NCBI GenBank assembly: GCA_964598025.1
Contig: CAZRAU010000004.1
Coordinates: 10,006-74,005 of the forward strand
DNA length: 64,000 nt
Direction of reading: 5' to 3'
Source: an uncultured bacterium
GTDB taxonomy: Bacteria > Arandabacterota > Arandabacteria > Arandabacterales > Arandabacteraceae
This document shows positions 27,294 to 37,137 of the stretch, in pieces. A program made the position numbers and the translations under genes. Each line of letters starts with the position of its first letter. Within the stretch, counting starts at the first letter, position 1. Under the pieces are notes generated by a model. It was not told where the DNA came from and did no database searches. It saw only the letters and a list, made by a program, of their open reading frames with translations.

Positions 27294-29495
27294 ATGGGTA
27301 AGTGGATAGGCATAGTCGCGCTTGCGCTGGCAGTGATCGTGGTCGTGCTCGTCCTTGGGCGAGGACCGGCGCGATATAACGTACTCCTGATCAGCATCGA
27401 CACGCTCAGACCCGACCACCTGGGATGCTACGGCTACGAGCACATAAGAACCCCCAATATCGACGGGCTGGCCGAGGAGGGGTTCCTGTTTCTCGATGTT
27501 TCCGCCACTGTTCCCCTCACCCTGCCGTCGCATACGTCGCTGCTGACCGGGCTCCTGCCCATTACAAGCGGAGTGCGCGACAACGGTGCGTTCGTGCTCT
27601 CCGATCAATTCACGACCCTGGCGGAAGTGCTTTCCGAGCAGGAATACTCCACCGGGGCTTTTGTGGCGACATTCGTGCTGGACTCCCGTTTCGGTCTGGA
27701 TCAGGGTTTTGAGGTTTACAACGACGACATGGGGTCCCAGGATAAGAAGAGCGCCTTTCAGTGGCCGGAGCGACGGGCGGATGCCGTGAACGACACGGCA
27801 CTCAACTGGTTCGCGGGGGTTCAGGAACCTTTCTTTGCCTTCGTGCATTATTATGACCCCCACGATCCCTACTCGCCCCCCCAGCCCTTTGCCGACGCCT
27901 ACACCGGGAACCTCTATGACGGCGAGATTGCATACACCGACTCCATGCTGGGTGAACTCCTGAAGGCTCTCAAAGCGAATGACCTCTATGACAACACGCT
28001 TATAGTGCTGGTTTCGGACCACGGCGAGGGCCTTGACGAGCACAATGAGGCGGGGCATGGTGTCCTTGTTTACCAGAGTACGATCAAGGTGGTCCTCATG
28101 GTCAAGCTGCCGAAAGCCTACGCTCTGGGCGGCGACCTGAAGCCGCCAGCCAAGATAGACTACCCCGTGCAGCTCATAGACGTATTCCCGACAGTGCTCG
28201 AACTCGTGGATGTCAGGCCGGATCACAATGTCGACGGTGTGAGCCTGGTTCCGGTGCTCAGAGGGGATCGGATAGACCCGAGGATGCTCTATTTCGAAAG
28301 CATGTATCCCTACTTCTACTTCAGGTGGAGTCCGTTGAGAGGTGTGCGCCACAACAACTGGAAGTACATCCTCGCTCCCGAAGAGGAGCTTTACGACATC
28401 GCCCAGGACCCCGGAGAGCTCAATAATCTAGCATCCGCCCAGCCTGAACGGGTCGGCGAGATGAGAGCCAATCTGATGGTGATGGCCGCACGGGAGACCG
28501 AGGCGCTTGAGTCAGCGCGGACCTCAATGTCCCAGGAGGATGTGCACAAGCTCATGGCTCTGGGGTACCTGGCCGGGGGGCGTCCCAATCTGCCTGAGCA
28601 CATCGAACCCGCGGGGCGGGACCCGAAGTACATGATCGGAGATCTCAATACGTATCTGTGGAGCGGGCGGAAGGCTTTCGACAACGGCGATTTCGACAGG
28701 GCCGCGGGTCTATTCGGGCAAATGGTACTGCTCGATCCGGGCAACCCGCAGGCCCATGTCCATCTGGCCAAAGCCCTGCTGGAAATGGGAGAAACCGACA
28801 TAGCCCAGGCCCAGTTCAGGAAGGCGATCGAGATAGATTCCACTCACAGCAGTGCTTTCTTCCCCATGGCCAACATCATGCGACAGCAAGGCAATCTGGA
28901 CAGGGCGCTCTTCTATCTCCGGCTGGGATCAAGCCTATCAGTGGAAACCCCCGATGTTCTCTCCAGCATGGGGGCCATCTTTGTCGAAAAGGGAGAACCC
29001 GACAGCGCCATCCAGGTATTGGAAAAGGCACTTGAACTGGACCCCAAAGACCCCATGGCCCTCCAGAACATGGGCCAGGCTTACATTTACAAGAACGAGC
29101 CGGAGAAGGCCATGCGGTGGTTCCGCGCGACGCTCGAGGTCCAGCCGCAGAATGTGAAGGCGTTGGGAAGCATCGCGCGGGTATTCATCGAGCGAGGGCA
29201 GCCCGACAGCACGATCTATTACTTCGAGCGCGCACGCGAGGCCGGTGCGGCCGATGCCACGATCCTGGCCAATTTGGGGAGTGCCTATCGCCAGAAGGGC
29301 ATGGCCGCCGAGGCCGGGGAAGCCTTCGAGTCGGCACTTCAGTATGAGCCCGACAATACAATGGCCCTGTTCGGACTCGCAGCGGTCCGGGCCCAGGAGG
29401 GCAAGACCGAGGAGTCGATAGCTCTTCTCGAACGGATTCTAGAGATCGATCCGGATTTCCAGCCTGCGTTACGGGCCCTCCAGGCCCTCAGATAG
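27294..29495 (+). CDS. Membrane-anchored sulfatase-fold protein (paralog 3, Thr at the formylglycine position) fused to a C-terminal TPR-repeat domain
   Basis: TM helix, then LLISIDTLRPDHLGCYGY and an L-T-L-P-S-H motif. The DHGEGLDEH motif is present. The C-terminal half of about 300 aa is TPR repeats (AHVHLAKALLEMGE..., ALQNMGQAYIY...). Confidence 0.75.
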   Translation: MGKWIGIVALALAVIVVVLVLGRGPARYNVLLISIDTLRPDHLGCYGYEHIRTPNIDGLAEEGFLFLDVSATVPLTLPSHTSLLTGLLPITSGVRDNGAFVLSDQFTTLAEVLSEQEYSTGAFVATFVLDSRFGLDQGFEVYNDDMGSQDKKSAFQWPERRADAVNDTALNWFAGVQEPFFAFVHYYDPHDPYSPPQPFADAYTGNLYDGEIAYTDSMLGELLKALKANDLYDNTLIVLVSDHGEGLDEHNEAGHGVLVYQSTIKVVLMVKLPKAYALGGDLKPPAKIDYPVQLIDVFPTVLELVDVRPDHNVDGVSLVPVLRGDRIDPRMLYFESMYPYFYFRWSPLRGVRHNNWKYILAPEEELYDIAQDPGELNNLASAQPERVGEMRANLMVMAARETEALESARTSMSQEDVHKLMALGYLAGGRPNLPEHIEPAGRDPKYMIGDLNTYLWSGRKAFDNGDFDRAAGLFGQMVLLDPGNPQAHVHLAKALLEMGETDIAQAQFRKAIEIDSTHSSAFFPMANIMRQQGNLDRALFYLRLGSSLSVETPDVLSSMGAIFVEKGEPDSAIQVLEKALELDPKDPMALQNMGQAYIYKNEPEKAMRWFRATLEVQPQNVKALGSIARVFIERGQPDSTIYYFERAREAGAADATILANLGSAYRQKGMAAEAGEAFESALQYEPDNTMALFGLAAVRAQEGKTEESIALLERILEIDPDFQPALRALQALR

Positions 29496-29565
29496 CGGCG
29501 CAATACCCGCCCCGAGACCCAAGAGCTCTCCAGACGCACCGACGTCGGGGGCCCCTGCGGCCGGA

Positions 29566-30414
29566 TCAGGCGAAGAGCCTTAGAAGCTGCTCTATGGTGG
29601 CCGCTTTGCCGCCAATACCGGCTTCTGCCCTCCGGACCTCTTCTTCCAGCCTGTCGCCCAGAGTCTGTTTGGTTATCTGGTAGAGGACGCCCGTATAGAC
29701 CGGGGCAGTGGAGTATGCAAGCTCAAGCGCCTTGAGCTTGTCCGTCCGGTCATGACCTTCCGGAAGCGGGGCGAACTGCCCGGCTGCTTCTTTGTAGTCG
29801 AAAGCGGGGAATGTCTGGCAACGTGATATGACATGGACTATGGACATCCCCGGGTGTCTCACCGCCTCGACGAGGATGCCGGTGAGCCCGTCGATATCGA
29901 TACCGCTTCTCGCCACAAAGGAGATGTCGTATGCAAGGAATATCGGAATGGCCGAAATCGCGTCTTCATAGACGCCGTACGGGGTGGTCTTGGTGGCGTG
30001 CCCGTGAGGCGTGGTCGGCGAGGCCTGCCCTTTGGTCAAACCATAGATCCTGTTGTCGATCATGACGTAGGTCAGGTTGACATTCTTCCGGGCTGCGTGG
30101 CTTATATGCCCGCCGCCTATACCCAGGCCGTCCCCGTCTCCTCCGACTGCCAGAACTGTCAGATCGGGCCTGGCGGCTTTTGCCCCGAGCGCGGTGGGAA
30201 GCGCCCGGCCGTGGGTCCCGTGCAGAGAGTAGGTATTGAGATAGTGGGACAGCCGCCCGGAACACCCAATTCCCGACACGGTTATCACCTCGTGGGGCCG
30301 GATCTCAAGATCGGCCAGAGCCCTCTTCACGGCATTGAGCACCGCATAGTTGCCGCACCCGGCGCACCACACCGGCTTCGGCTTGCCTTTATACTCTTCT
30401 AATCTCTTCTGCAT
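29566..30414 (-). CDS. 2-oxoacid:ferredoxin oxidoreductase beta subunit (TPP-binding), KorB-like
   Basis: WCAGCGNY and GIGCSG motifs. The GDGDGLGIGGGH thiamine-PP motif is present. Confidence 0.8.
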   Translation of the reverse strand: MQKRLEEYKGKPKPVWCAGCGNYAVLNAVKRALADLEIRPHEVITVSGIGCSGRLSHYLNTYSLHGTHGRALPTALGAKAARPDLTVLAVGGDGDGLGIGGGHISHAARKNVNLTYVMIDNRIYGLTKGQASPTTPHGHATKTTPYGVYEDAISAIPIFLAYDISFVARSGIDIDGLTGILVEAVRHPGMSIVHVISRCQTFPAFDYKEAAGQFAPLPEGHDRTDKLKALELAYSTAPVYTGVLYQITKQTLGDRLEEEVRRAEAGIGGKAATIEQLLRLFA

Positions 30415-32224
30415 CGATGATGCTTGCCACCCTCTCCACAGCCGCGAGGATCTCCTGCGGCGTTATGGGAACCCCTTCACACTTGTGGACCTCGATCGGC
30501 CTGACGCCGAACCGGCCTTTCACGAAGTGCGCAAACTGGCCCGTATAGTTCTCCTCGACCACGATCACCTGGCTGAGCTCGGACAGGAAATGCTCGATTC
30601 TGCGATCCGGAAGCGGAGAGACCACCTTCGGATGGAGGTGCCGGACCGGGATGCCCTTCTCCTCCGCCAGATACCGCGCCTCACGAATCGCGCCCTCGGT
30701 GGAGCCCCACCCGATGATGCCTATCTTCGCCCCGTCCGGCCCATAGTACTCGGGCGGATTCTTCTCCAGAGCCAGGGACAGGGCACGGAGCTTCTTGAAG
30801 CGTTTACGCATCATCTTGGCATGGTTCTCCGGGCTGTAGTCAGGCCAACCGAACTCGGTGTGCTCCAAACCTGTTGCCAGATATTGGCCCCCAGGCGTGC
30901 CGGGCCGTGTGATGGGCGAGACCCCATCGGAGGTGTCCATGAAACGCTTGTACTCCTCGAGGTCCCTTGCTGCGGGCTCTATCCTGTCCGCAATCTGTAT
31001 GCGTGCGGGATCGGGCACAACGATCTTCTCACACGGCACCGAGGCATCCACGCTGCTCATTCCGGAGAGATCGGGCACGCGGACCGTCGCCTTCCGGTAT
31101 CCGATCGACTGATCGCTGAGCAGGATCACCGGCATCTGATAGCGCTCCGCTATGTTAAAGGCCCTTATGGTCTGGTAGAAGCAGTCCTGGACCCCGCTGG
31201 GCGCCAGGATCGCCCTCGGCGACTCCCCGGCGGTTCCGTAAATGGCAAACTTGAGATCGCTTTGTTCGGTCTTTGTGGGAAGCCCCGTCGACGGGCCGCC
31301 TCGCTGCACGTTCACTATCACCAGCGGCAGCTCCAGCATAGAGGCAAGATTAAGCTGCTCACCCATCAGCTGCAACCCCGGCCCGGACGTCGGCGTCATG
31401 GCCTTGGCCCCGGAGAACGAGGCGCCGATACAGGCAGATATCGATGCTATCTCATCCTCCATTTGGATCGCCCGGCCTCCCACCCTGGGCATGAGCTTCG
31501 TCATGGTCTCGAAGATCGGAGTGGCGGGAGTTATGGGATAGCCTGCCACAAAACGGCACCCCGCTGCCAGGGCGCCCAGGGCGATCGCTTCGTTGCCGGA
31601 CATCATCATGTACCGGGCCTTATCCGGTGAGCTGGTGCCCAGACGAACCGGGCAATCCAAACCGGCTGCGGCCCCAGCCTCGTATCCCGCCGCGAGCGCC
31701 CTCAGGTTGACATCCATCACGGCGCTGCCCTTGGAGCCGAACCGATCATGCAGGAGCTGCTCTAAGGTCTTCCGTTCTATGCCAAAGAGATGGCCGAGGA
31801 CACCGAGGGCCACCACATTCTTGCCTCGCTTGCCCCCCGCCGACTCCGCCGCTATTCGGTCCATCGGGATAGGAAACAACCGCCCTTGTGGGAGGCTCTC
31901 GATACTCACGCGATCCGGATCGTAGACGACGCAACCTCCCGGCCGGAGGTACTGGATCGACCGTTCATACGCCCTCTGATCGAACAGTACAAGGAAGTCG
32001 GCGGCCCCACCCATCGAATAGATAGTCCAATCCCGGATGCGGATCTGTATCATCGAATAGCCGCCACGCACTTCTGCGGGATATGTGATATAGGTGAAGA
32101 CGTGGTACTCGGTGCGGGCGGCAGCCTGGGCGAAGAGCTCTCCGCAGCTTATCACCCCCTCCCCTCCCTCACCACCTATCCGGATCACGAAATCGACGTC
32201 GGACCTGAACTCAGTTCCTTCCAT
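30389..32224 (-). CDS. 2-oxoacid:ferredoxin oxidoreductase alpha subunit with an N-terminal gamma domain, KorA-like
   Basis: Gamma-domain start VIRIGGEGGEGV. The alpha domain has GYPITPATPI and transketolase-like regions. Confidence 0.8.
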   Translation of the reverse strand: MEGTEFRSDVDFVIRIGGEGGEGVISCGELFAQAAARTEYHVFTYITYPAEVRGGYSMIQIRIRDWTIYSMGGAADFLVLFDQRAYERSIQYLRPGGCVVYDPDRVSIESLPQGRLFPIPMDRIAAESAGGKRGKNVVALGVLGHLFGIERKTLEQLLHDRFGSKGSAVMDVNLRALAAGYEAGAAAGLDCPVRLGTSSPDKARYMMMSGNEAIALGALAAGCRFVAGYPITPATPIFETMTKLMPRVGGRAIQMEDEIASISACIGASFSGAKAMTPTSGPGLQLMGEQLNLASMLELPLVIVNVQRGGPSTGLPTKTEQSDLKFAIYGTAGESPRAILAPSGVQDCFYQTIRAFNIAERYQMPVILLSDQSIGYRKATVRVPDLSGMSSVDASVPCEKIVVPDPARIQIADRIEPAARDLEEYKRFMDTSDGVSPITRPGTPGGQYLATGLEHTEFGWPDYSPENHAKMMRKRFKKLRALSLALEKNPPEYYGPDGAKIGIIGWGSTEGAIREARYLAEEKGIPVRHLHPKVVSPLPDRRIEHFLSELSQVIVVEENYTGQFAHFVKGRFGVRPIEVHKCEGVPITPQEILAAVERVASIIDAEEIRRV

Positions 32225-32444
32225 GTCCCTTCACCTGTCGAGGAGTCCTTACATAAGCCCTAATAGAACACTTCCCGCAGCCGAGTCAATAGCAATAATC
32301 ACAAGCCCCAAACGTCCTCAACTCCGGCCTCATCTTGAACGATAACTAGAATAGAGCCCGAAGGAGTGAAGGCCCCATTTATCTCCGGACGGCAATGTCG
32401 AAGCCCTGCCGGCGCCTGGCCCGGTCGGAGGGACGCCCGCCCTG

Positions 32445-34259
32445 ATGGGGTCGGGACCACAAGAGAGACAGCAAGAACCAGTAATGACCAGGGCCACAGT
32501 AGAATCGAACATCAAGGACCGGGCCGCAGTCTCGTCCTCCAGGCAAGAGCTCATAGAGATCCAGAAGACCATCGTGGAGGACCTCAGGCGCGAGATTCGG
32601 GCCTCCGTCGGGGGGCAGACCAAGGAATACCAGACATACCTGCAGGAATACAATCGGCAGTTCAGGCATTACGAAAGGCGCTCGAGCATGGAGGAGATGC
32701 TCGACAGCCTTAGACGCGCCGACATTATCTATAATGGTGATTACCACACCATGGCCCAGGCCCAGCGGATCCCGCTCAGAATTCTTCGGCGCCTGGTACA
32801 TCTCCGTCCCAGGATAACCCTTGCCGTCGAGGTTGTTCGCATAGATCATCAGCATCACCTCGACCGATATCTGGCCGGGGACATCTCGGAGGCCGAGTAC
32901 CTTAAGGCGGTAAACTACGATACGACCTGGGGGTTCCCCTGGGCGCAGTACCGGGAGCTGCTTCTCTTCGCCGGGAGGCACAAGATCAGAGTCCTGGGGA
33001 TCAACAGCCAACCCAAGGGAGGCAGGTGGACACTCAAGAAGCGCGACCGGGCCGCCGCCCGGGTGATCGCGAAGGAACTGCTGGAGAGACCGGAGAGACT
33101 TGTCTACGTCTTCGACGGGGATCTCCATGTCGCCCCACCACACCTGCCTCGAGCGGTTGATGCCCTTCTATCGGAATTCAACGAGAGTCTGAGAAGTGTC
33201 GTCATCTACCAGAACAACGAGAGCATATACTGGGAGCTCGCCAGGCACCGCCTCGAGCAGGAGACCGACGTGGTGCTCATCGCCGAGGATCGTTTCTGTG
33301 TGATGAGCACCCCTCCGATAATCAAGTTTCAGTCATATCTGAACTGGATCGACAAGACCAGAGAGCTGGCATCGCCCTCACTTCGCGGCTGGCAGGGAGA
33401 CATCTTCGGGGACGAAGCCCTGTATAACCAGGTACTTCAGATGGTCCACATCATATCCCAGTTCCTCGAGATCGAGGCAGATGGTCTGGAAGACTTCATC
33501 GTCCACTCCCCGGCCGACCTGGATTTCCTCCACCACCTGAGGGCCGACAAGCGGCTCTCGCATGTGGAGGTCGACGCCATTGCCGCGCACATAAAGACAA
33601 ACGAGTCCTACTTCATCGATAAGGGCAATATCATCTATATCGCAAACCTGTCCGTCAACCATGCCGCGGAGGAGGCAACTCACTTCATCCACAGGGTCAC
33701 CGCAGGCCCCAAGAGACCCGATCTTACCCAGGTTGAAGACTTCTATTGCCGCGTGATGAGAGAGGCACTGGGGTTTTTCGGTTCAAAGATCATAAACCAC
33801 AAACGCCCATGCTACACTCTGGACGACTTCAAGTACGTCAAGCGGAAGTACCCGTCCCTGCCGCCGGACAGGATCCGAGAGCTCCGGGCGATCGGCAGAT
33901 ATGCCGCGCTGCATAAGCGCCGTGAAAGAGCATTCCTCTCAAGCGGCAAGCCATGGAGGTTGCACGGTTCCCTGTACGAGCTGCCCCTGCCTGTACACCT
34001 CGGCGTGACGCATGCCCTCGGCTACATGCTTGGAGAACGGTTGTTCGGGAGCATGCTGGAGGGTTTGATCGGAAAGACCGCCATTCGCCGGCTTTTTCAC
34101 ATGAATTTCTCCGATCTCGGCCAGGCTTACACCACCTACCTGGACTTGATATCAACGCAGCCCGGCGGCAACAGCTGCCTGAGCGCTCTGCAGGGCCGGC
34201 CTGAGCATGCGGCTTCGGCTCCTTCTCGAAACCTGCAGAAAGACACCAGTACGGTTTGA
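32445..34259 (+). CDS. ChaN/Tiki-superfamily (TraB/GumN-like) N-terminal domain plus an uncharacterised C-terminal domain of about 320 aa
   Basis: The segment IIYNGDYHTMAQAQRIPLRILRRL...AVEVV...HKIRVLGIN...LVYVFDGDLHV fits a ChaN-like domain. The start site is uncertain (M1 or M14). Confidence 0.45.
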   Translation: MGSGPQERQQEPVMTRATVESNIKDRAAVSSSRQELIEIQKTIVEDLRREIRASVGGQTKEYQTYLQEYNRQFRHYERRSSMEEMLDSLRRADIIYNGDYHTMAQAQRIPLRILRRLVHLRPRITLAVEVVRIDHQHHLDRYLAGDISEAEYLKAVNYDTTWGFPWAQYRELLLFAGRHKIRVLGINSQPKGGRWTLKKRDRAAARVIAKELLERPERLVYVFDGDLHVAPPHLPRAVDALLSEFNESLRSVVIYQNNESIYWELARHRLEQETDVVLIAEDRFCVMSTPPIIKFQSYLNWIDKTRELASPSLRGWQGDIFGDEALYNQVLQMVHIISQFLEIEADGLEDFIVHSPADLDFLHHLRADKRLSHVEVDAIAAHIKTNESYFIDKGNIIYIANLSVNHAAEEATHFIHRVTAGPKRPDLTQVEDFYCRVMREALGFFGSKIINHKRPCYTLDDFKYVKRKYPSLPPDRIRELRAIGRYAALHKRRERAFLSSGKPWRLHGSLYELPLPVHLGVTHALGYMLGERLFGSMLEGLIGKTAIRRLFHMNFSDLGQAYTTYLDLISTQPGGNSCLSALQGRPEHAASAPSRNLQKDTSTV

Positions 34260-34336
34260 TTTTCGCTTCAGGAATGATTAGCGTATAAGCCGGTAGCCGG
34301 GGATGACTATTGGTGTCGTGGTGATCGGGGTCTCCT

Positions 34337-35467
34337 TTGGAACTGATAGAGAAGATACTGATCATTGATGATGACCAGGCCCTTCAGGAATCCTGCAGGC
34401 AGGTCTTCGCGGGGAATAACTACAAGGTTGAGTCGGCTCTCGACGGTATCTCGGGGCTTGCAATGCACCGAGACATCCAGCCGGACCTCGTTCTTGTCGA
34501 TCTCTGCATGCCCGGCATCGGCGGCCTTGAGGTCCTCGAGAAACTCAAGTCGCATGATCCCGACTACGTAGCCATTGTGATCACAGGCTATGGGACCATA
34601 ACATCGGCTGTGGAAGCCATGAAGCGCGGGGCATACGACTTTCTCCCCAAGCCATTCACCCCGAACCAACTGAGATTCATAGTGCAAAGAGGCCTGGAAC
34701 GGCGAAGCTACATCAAGGAAACGGCCCGTCTCAGGCGTGAGAAGCAGCTGATGAGGGACAACTTCGTCTCGATGGTGTCTCACGAACTCCGCGCGCCGCT
34801 TGCAGCCGTCCAGCAACGGCTCATGCTGGTTACCGGCGGGTATACGGGCGAGATCCCTGACGCCGTCCGAGCCTCCATCCTGGGCACACAGAAGCGAATA
34901 ACTGCACTGATATCCCTGATAGGCGACTGGCTGAACCTGTCCAGAATAGAAGCCCGCGAGACTGTGAAGCCCGAGGACCCGGTTGATGTGAAAAGCATCG
35001 TCGCCGGGATCGCGGAGACGCTCGGCCCGCTGGCCACGGAGAGGAACATCACTCTGGAGATCAGTGCACCGGATTCCTTACGGCCGGTCCTCGGCAACCG
35101 CGATACGCTCGAGATGCTCTTCAGCAATCTGATAGACAATGGGATCAAGTACACCCATGATGGAGGGAGAGTCTCGATAAGGTCGGCGGAGGAAAACGGG
35201 AGCATCGTAGTCACGGTCGAAGACAACGGTGTGGGCATACCTCGAGACCAGCTTCCGCTCATCTTCGAGCAGTTCTACCGGGTGAAGGGCGAGAGACCGA
35301 CGGAAGGCAGCGGCCTCGGGTTGTCCATAGCCAGAAAGATCGCGGAGTTACACTCCGGGTCGATAACGGTGGAATCCGAAGTCGGGAAGGGGACGGTTTT
35401 CACCGTTCGCCTACCCGCATGCGAGCTGGAGCGAGAGGCGCCACAGAAGCGAGGCAGACAAACATGA
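34337..35467 (+). CDS. Hybrid sensor kinase with no sensor domain: N-terminal receiver (REC) + HisKA + HATPase_c
   Basis: TTG start. REC domain (IIDDD, LVLVDLCMPG, KPF). H-box SHELRAPL, N-box NLIDNGIKYT, G-boxes DNGVGI and GSGLGLSIA. Confidence 0.8.
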   Translation: MELIEKILIIDDDQALQESCRQVFAGNNYKVESALDGISGLAMHRDIQPDLVLVDLCMPGIGGLEVLEKLKSHDPDYVAIVITGYGTITSAVEAMKRGAYDFLPKPFTPNQLRFIVQRGLERRSYIKETARLRREKQLMRDNFVSMVSHELRAPLAAVQQRLMLVTGGYTGEIPDAVRASILGTQKRITALISLIGDWLNLSRIEARETVKPEDPVDVKSIVAGIAETLGPLATERNITLEISAPDSLRPVLGNRDTLEMLFSNLIDNGIKYTHDGGRVSIRSAEENGSIVVTVEDNGVGIPRDQLPLIFEQFYRVKGERPTEGSGLGLSIARKIAELHSGSITVESEVGKGTVFTVRLPACELEREAPQKRGRQT

Positions 35468-37083
35468 GGGTGTTGGTTCTGAATTGCGGCAGCTCCTCCG
35501 TCAAGTTCCGGCTGTTTCGGATGGAGGATGAGCAATTGCTGGCCAGCGGAATCGCCGAGCGCATAGGCTCGCCGGAAGCAGCGCTTGTATACCGGGTCCC
35601 GGGACGGGACGGCCACAGGCAGAAGGTCCGGGCCGACGACCATAAACAGGCAATCAACCTGGTTCTCGATCAGCTGAGTGATCCGGATCATGGGGTGGTC
35701 AAGGACATTCACGAGATCGACGCAATCGGGCACCGCGTTGTCCACGGGGGTGAGACCTTCACCGAGCCGGTACTCATAAACGAGGCCGTGCTTTCGAAGA
35801 TAAAGGAGTGCCGGCGCTTCGCGCCTTTGCACAACCCGCCCAACATAAGCGGGATCGAAGCTTCACTGTTTCTCATTCCTTTTGCCAGGCAGGTGGCCGT
35901 TTTTGACACTGCCTTCCACCAGTCGATGAAGCCCGAGGCGTTCGTCTACGCCCTGCCATATGAATGGTACGACAAGCGGCGGATCCGTCGCTATGGTTTC
36001 CACGGCACCTCTCACCACTATGTCTCGCTCAAAGCCGCACAAGTGCTGGGGAAACCCATTGAGGACCTCAGGATCATAACCTGTCATCTGGGCAACGGGG
36101 CCAGCGTGTGCGCGGTCAAGGGGGGCAAGTCGGTCGACACGAGCATGGGTTTCACACCGGTTGAAGGCTTGGTGATGGGGACCCGCTGCGGCGACGTCGA
36201 TGTCTCCGTGCCCCTTCACGTCATGGAGGAGGACGGGCTGGCGCCTGCCCAGATAGATGACATTCTCAACAAGAGGAGCGGACTCTTCGGTATTACCGGC
36301 GGAGACAACGATCTTCGTACGATCGAGGACAAGGCCGCCTCGGGAAGCCACCGCCACCGGCTGGCCCTGGCGATATTCACCCGGAAAGTCAAGAAGTACA
36401 TAGGGGCCTACGCTGCAATACTCGGAGGCATCGACTGTCTGGTCTTCACCGCAGGCATAGGTGAGAACTCACCTACGGTCCGGCGCATGGTCTGCGAGGG
36501 CCTCGAATTCCTCGGTATTAGGATCGACGAGGCTGCCAACGGCGAGAGCCGTGAGCAGATAGGACGGGGTGAAGCCGCGGTCCTGGTTATTCCCACCGAT
36601 GAAGAGCTGGCAATCGCCGAGGAAGTGGCATCCGTTCTGGGTGAAGAGGGCAAGACCGATGAGCCCGTCGAGACACCCGCCGCCGACATCCGCACGAAGA
36701 GAATCCTTGCCATCGACGACGATCCCGACATCCATGAATATCTGGCTGCCGTTCTCGGGCAGGCCGGTTACGCCTGTTTTCATGCCAACACGATGAGGCA
36801 GGGCATCAAGATGGTCTCCGAGGTCCGACCCGATCTCATAATCCTCGATGTGATGATGGAAGACATATCCGCGGGGTTTCGCTTCGCCAAAGAGGTCCGA
36901 TCCGCCGAGGCCGGCGGCACGGCGAAGCCCGTTCCTATCCTCATGGTCAGCGGAGTGGAGCAGGTCACCGATCTGACCTTCCACGACCGCGTCGGGACCG
37001 GCACCATGCCGGTGGATGGCTTCCTCGAAAAACCGGTGGAGCCTGACGTTCTGCTGAAAAAGGTAAGCGAAATGATCGGGTAG
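35464..37083 (+). CDS. ackA: Acetate kinase fused to a C-terminal response-regulator receiver domain
   Basis: MRVLVLNCGSSSVKF, HRVVHGG, HNPPN, VFDTAFHQS, YGFHGTSH, CHLGNGAS, DTSMGFTP and AGIGENS form the complete AckA motif set. A linker follows, then a REC domain (AIDDDPD, LIILDVMM, MVSG, FLEKP). The start overlaps the previous stop (ATGA). Confidence 0.8.
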   Translation: MRVLVLNCGSSSVKFRLFRMEDEQLLASGIAERIGSPEAALVYRVPGRDGHRQKVRADDHKQAINLVLDQLSDPDHGVVKDIHEIDAIGHRVVHGGETFTEPVLINEAVLSKIKECRRFAPLHNPPNISGIEASLFLIPFARQVAVFDTAFHQSMKPEAFVYALPYEWYDKRRIRRYGFHGTSHHYVSLKAAQVLGKPIEDLRIITCHLGNGASVCAVKGGKSVDTSMGFTPVEGLVMGTRCGDVDVSVPLHVMEEDGLAPAQIDDILNKRSGLFGITGGDNDLRTIEDKAASGSHRHRLALAIFTRKVKKYIGAYAAILGGIDCLVFTAGIGENSPTVRRMVCEGLEFLGIRIDEAANGESREQIGRGEAAVLVIPTDEELAIAEEVASVLGEEGKTDEPVETPAADIRTKRILAIDDDPDIHEYLAAVLGQAGYACFHANTMRQGIKMVSEVRPDLIILDVMMEDISAGFRFAKEVRSAEAGGTAKPVPILMVSGVEQVTDLTFHDRVGTGTMPVDGFLEKPVEPDVLLKKVSEMIG

Positions 37084-37087
37084 AAGG

Positions 37088-37137
37088 CCGGGGTCAGATC
37101 TTGAAAGTTGAATTCAATTCTCAATATCCGACCCCGG
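37088..37137. promoter_or_regulatory. Palindromic element: inverted repeat CCGGGGTCAGAT / ATCCGACCCCGG around AGTTGAATTCAATTC. Paralog of the 12563..12605 motif
   Basis: Seen directly. It starts 4 nt after the AckA-REC stop. 36 of 40 nt are shared with the motif at 12572..12605. Confidence 0.4.

Noticed and set aside
30389-30414. 26-nt overlap between the KorA-like and KorB-like genes as a sign of frameshift or fusion.
   Set aside because: Both reading frames are intact with correct family motifs on each side. The overlap is most simply an over-extended KorB start call or genuine translational coupling. There is no evidence of a fused polypeptide.
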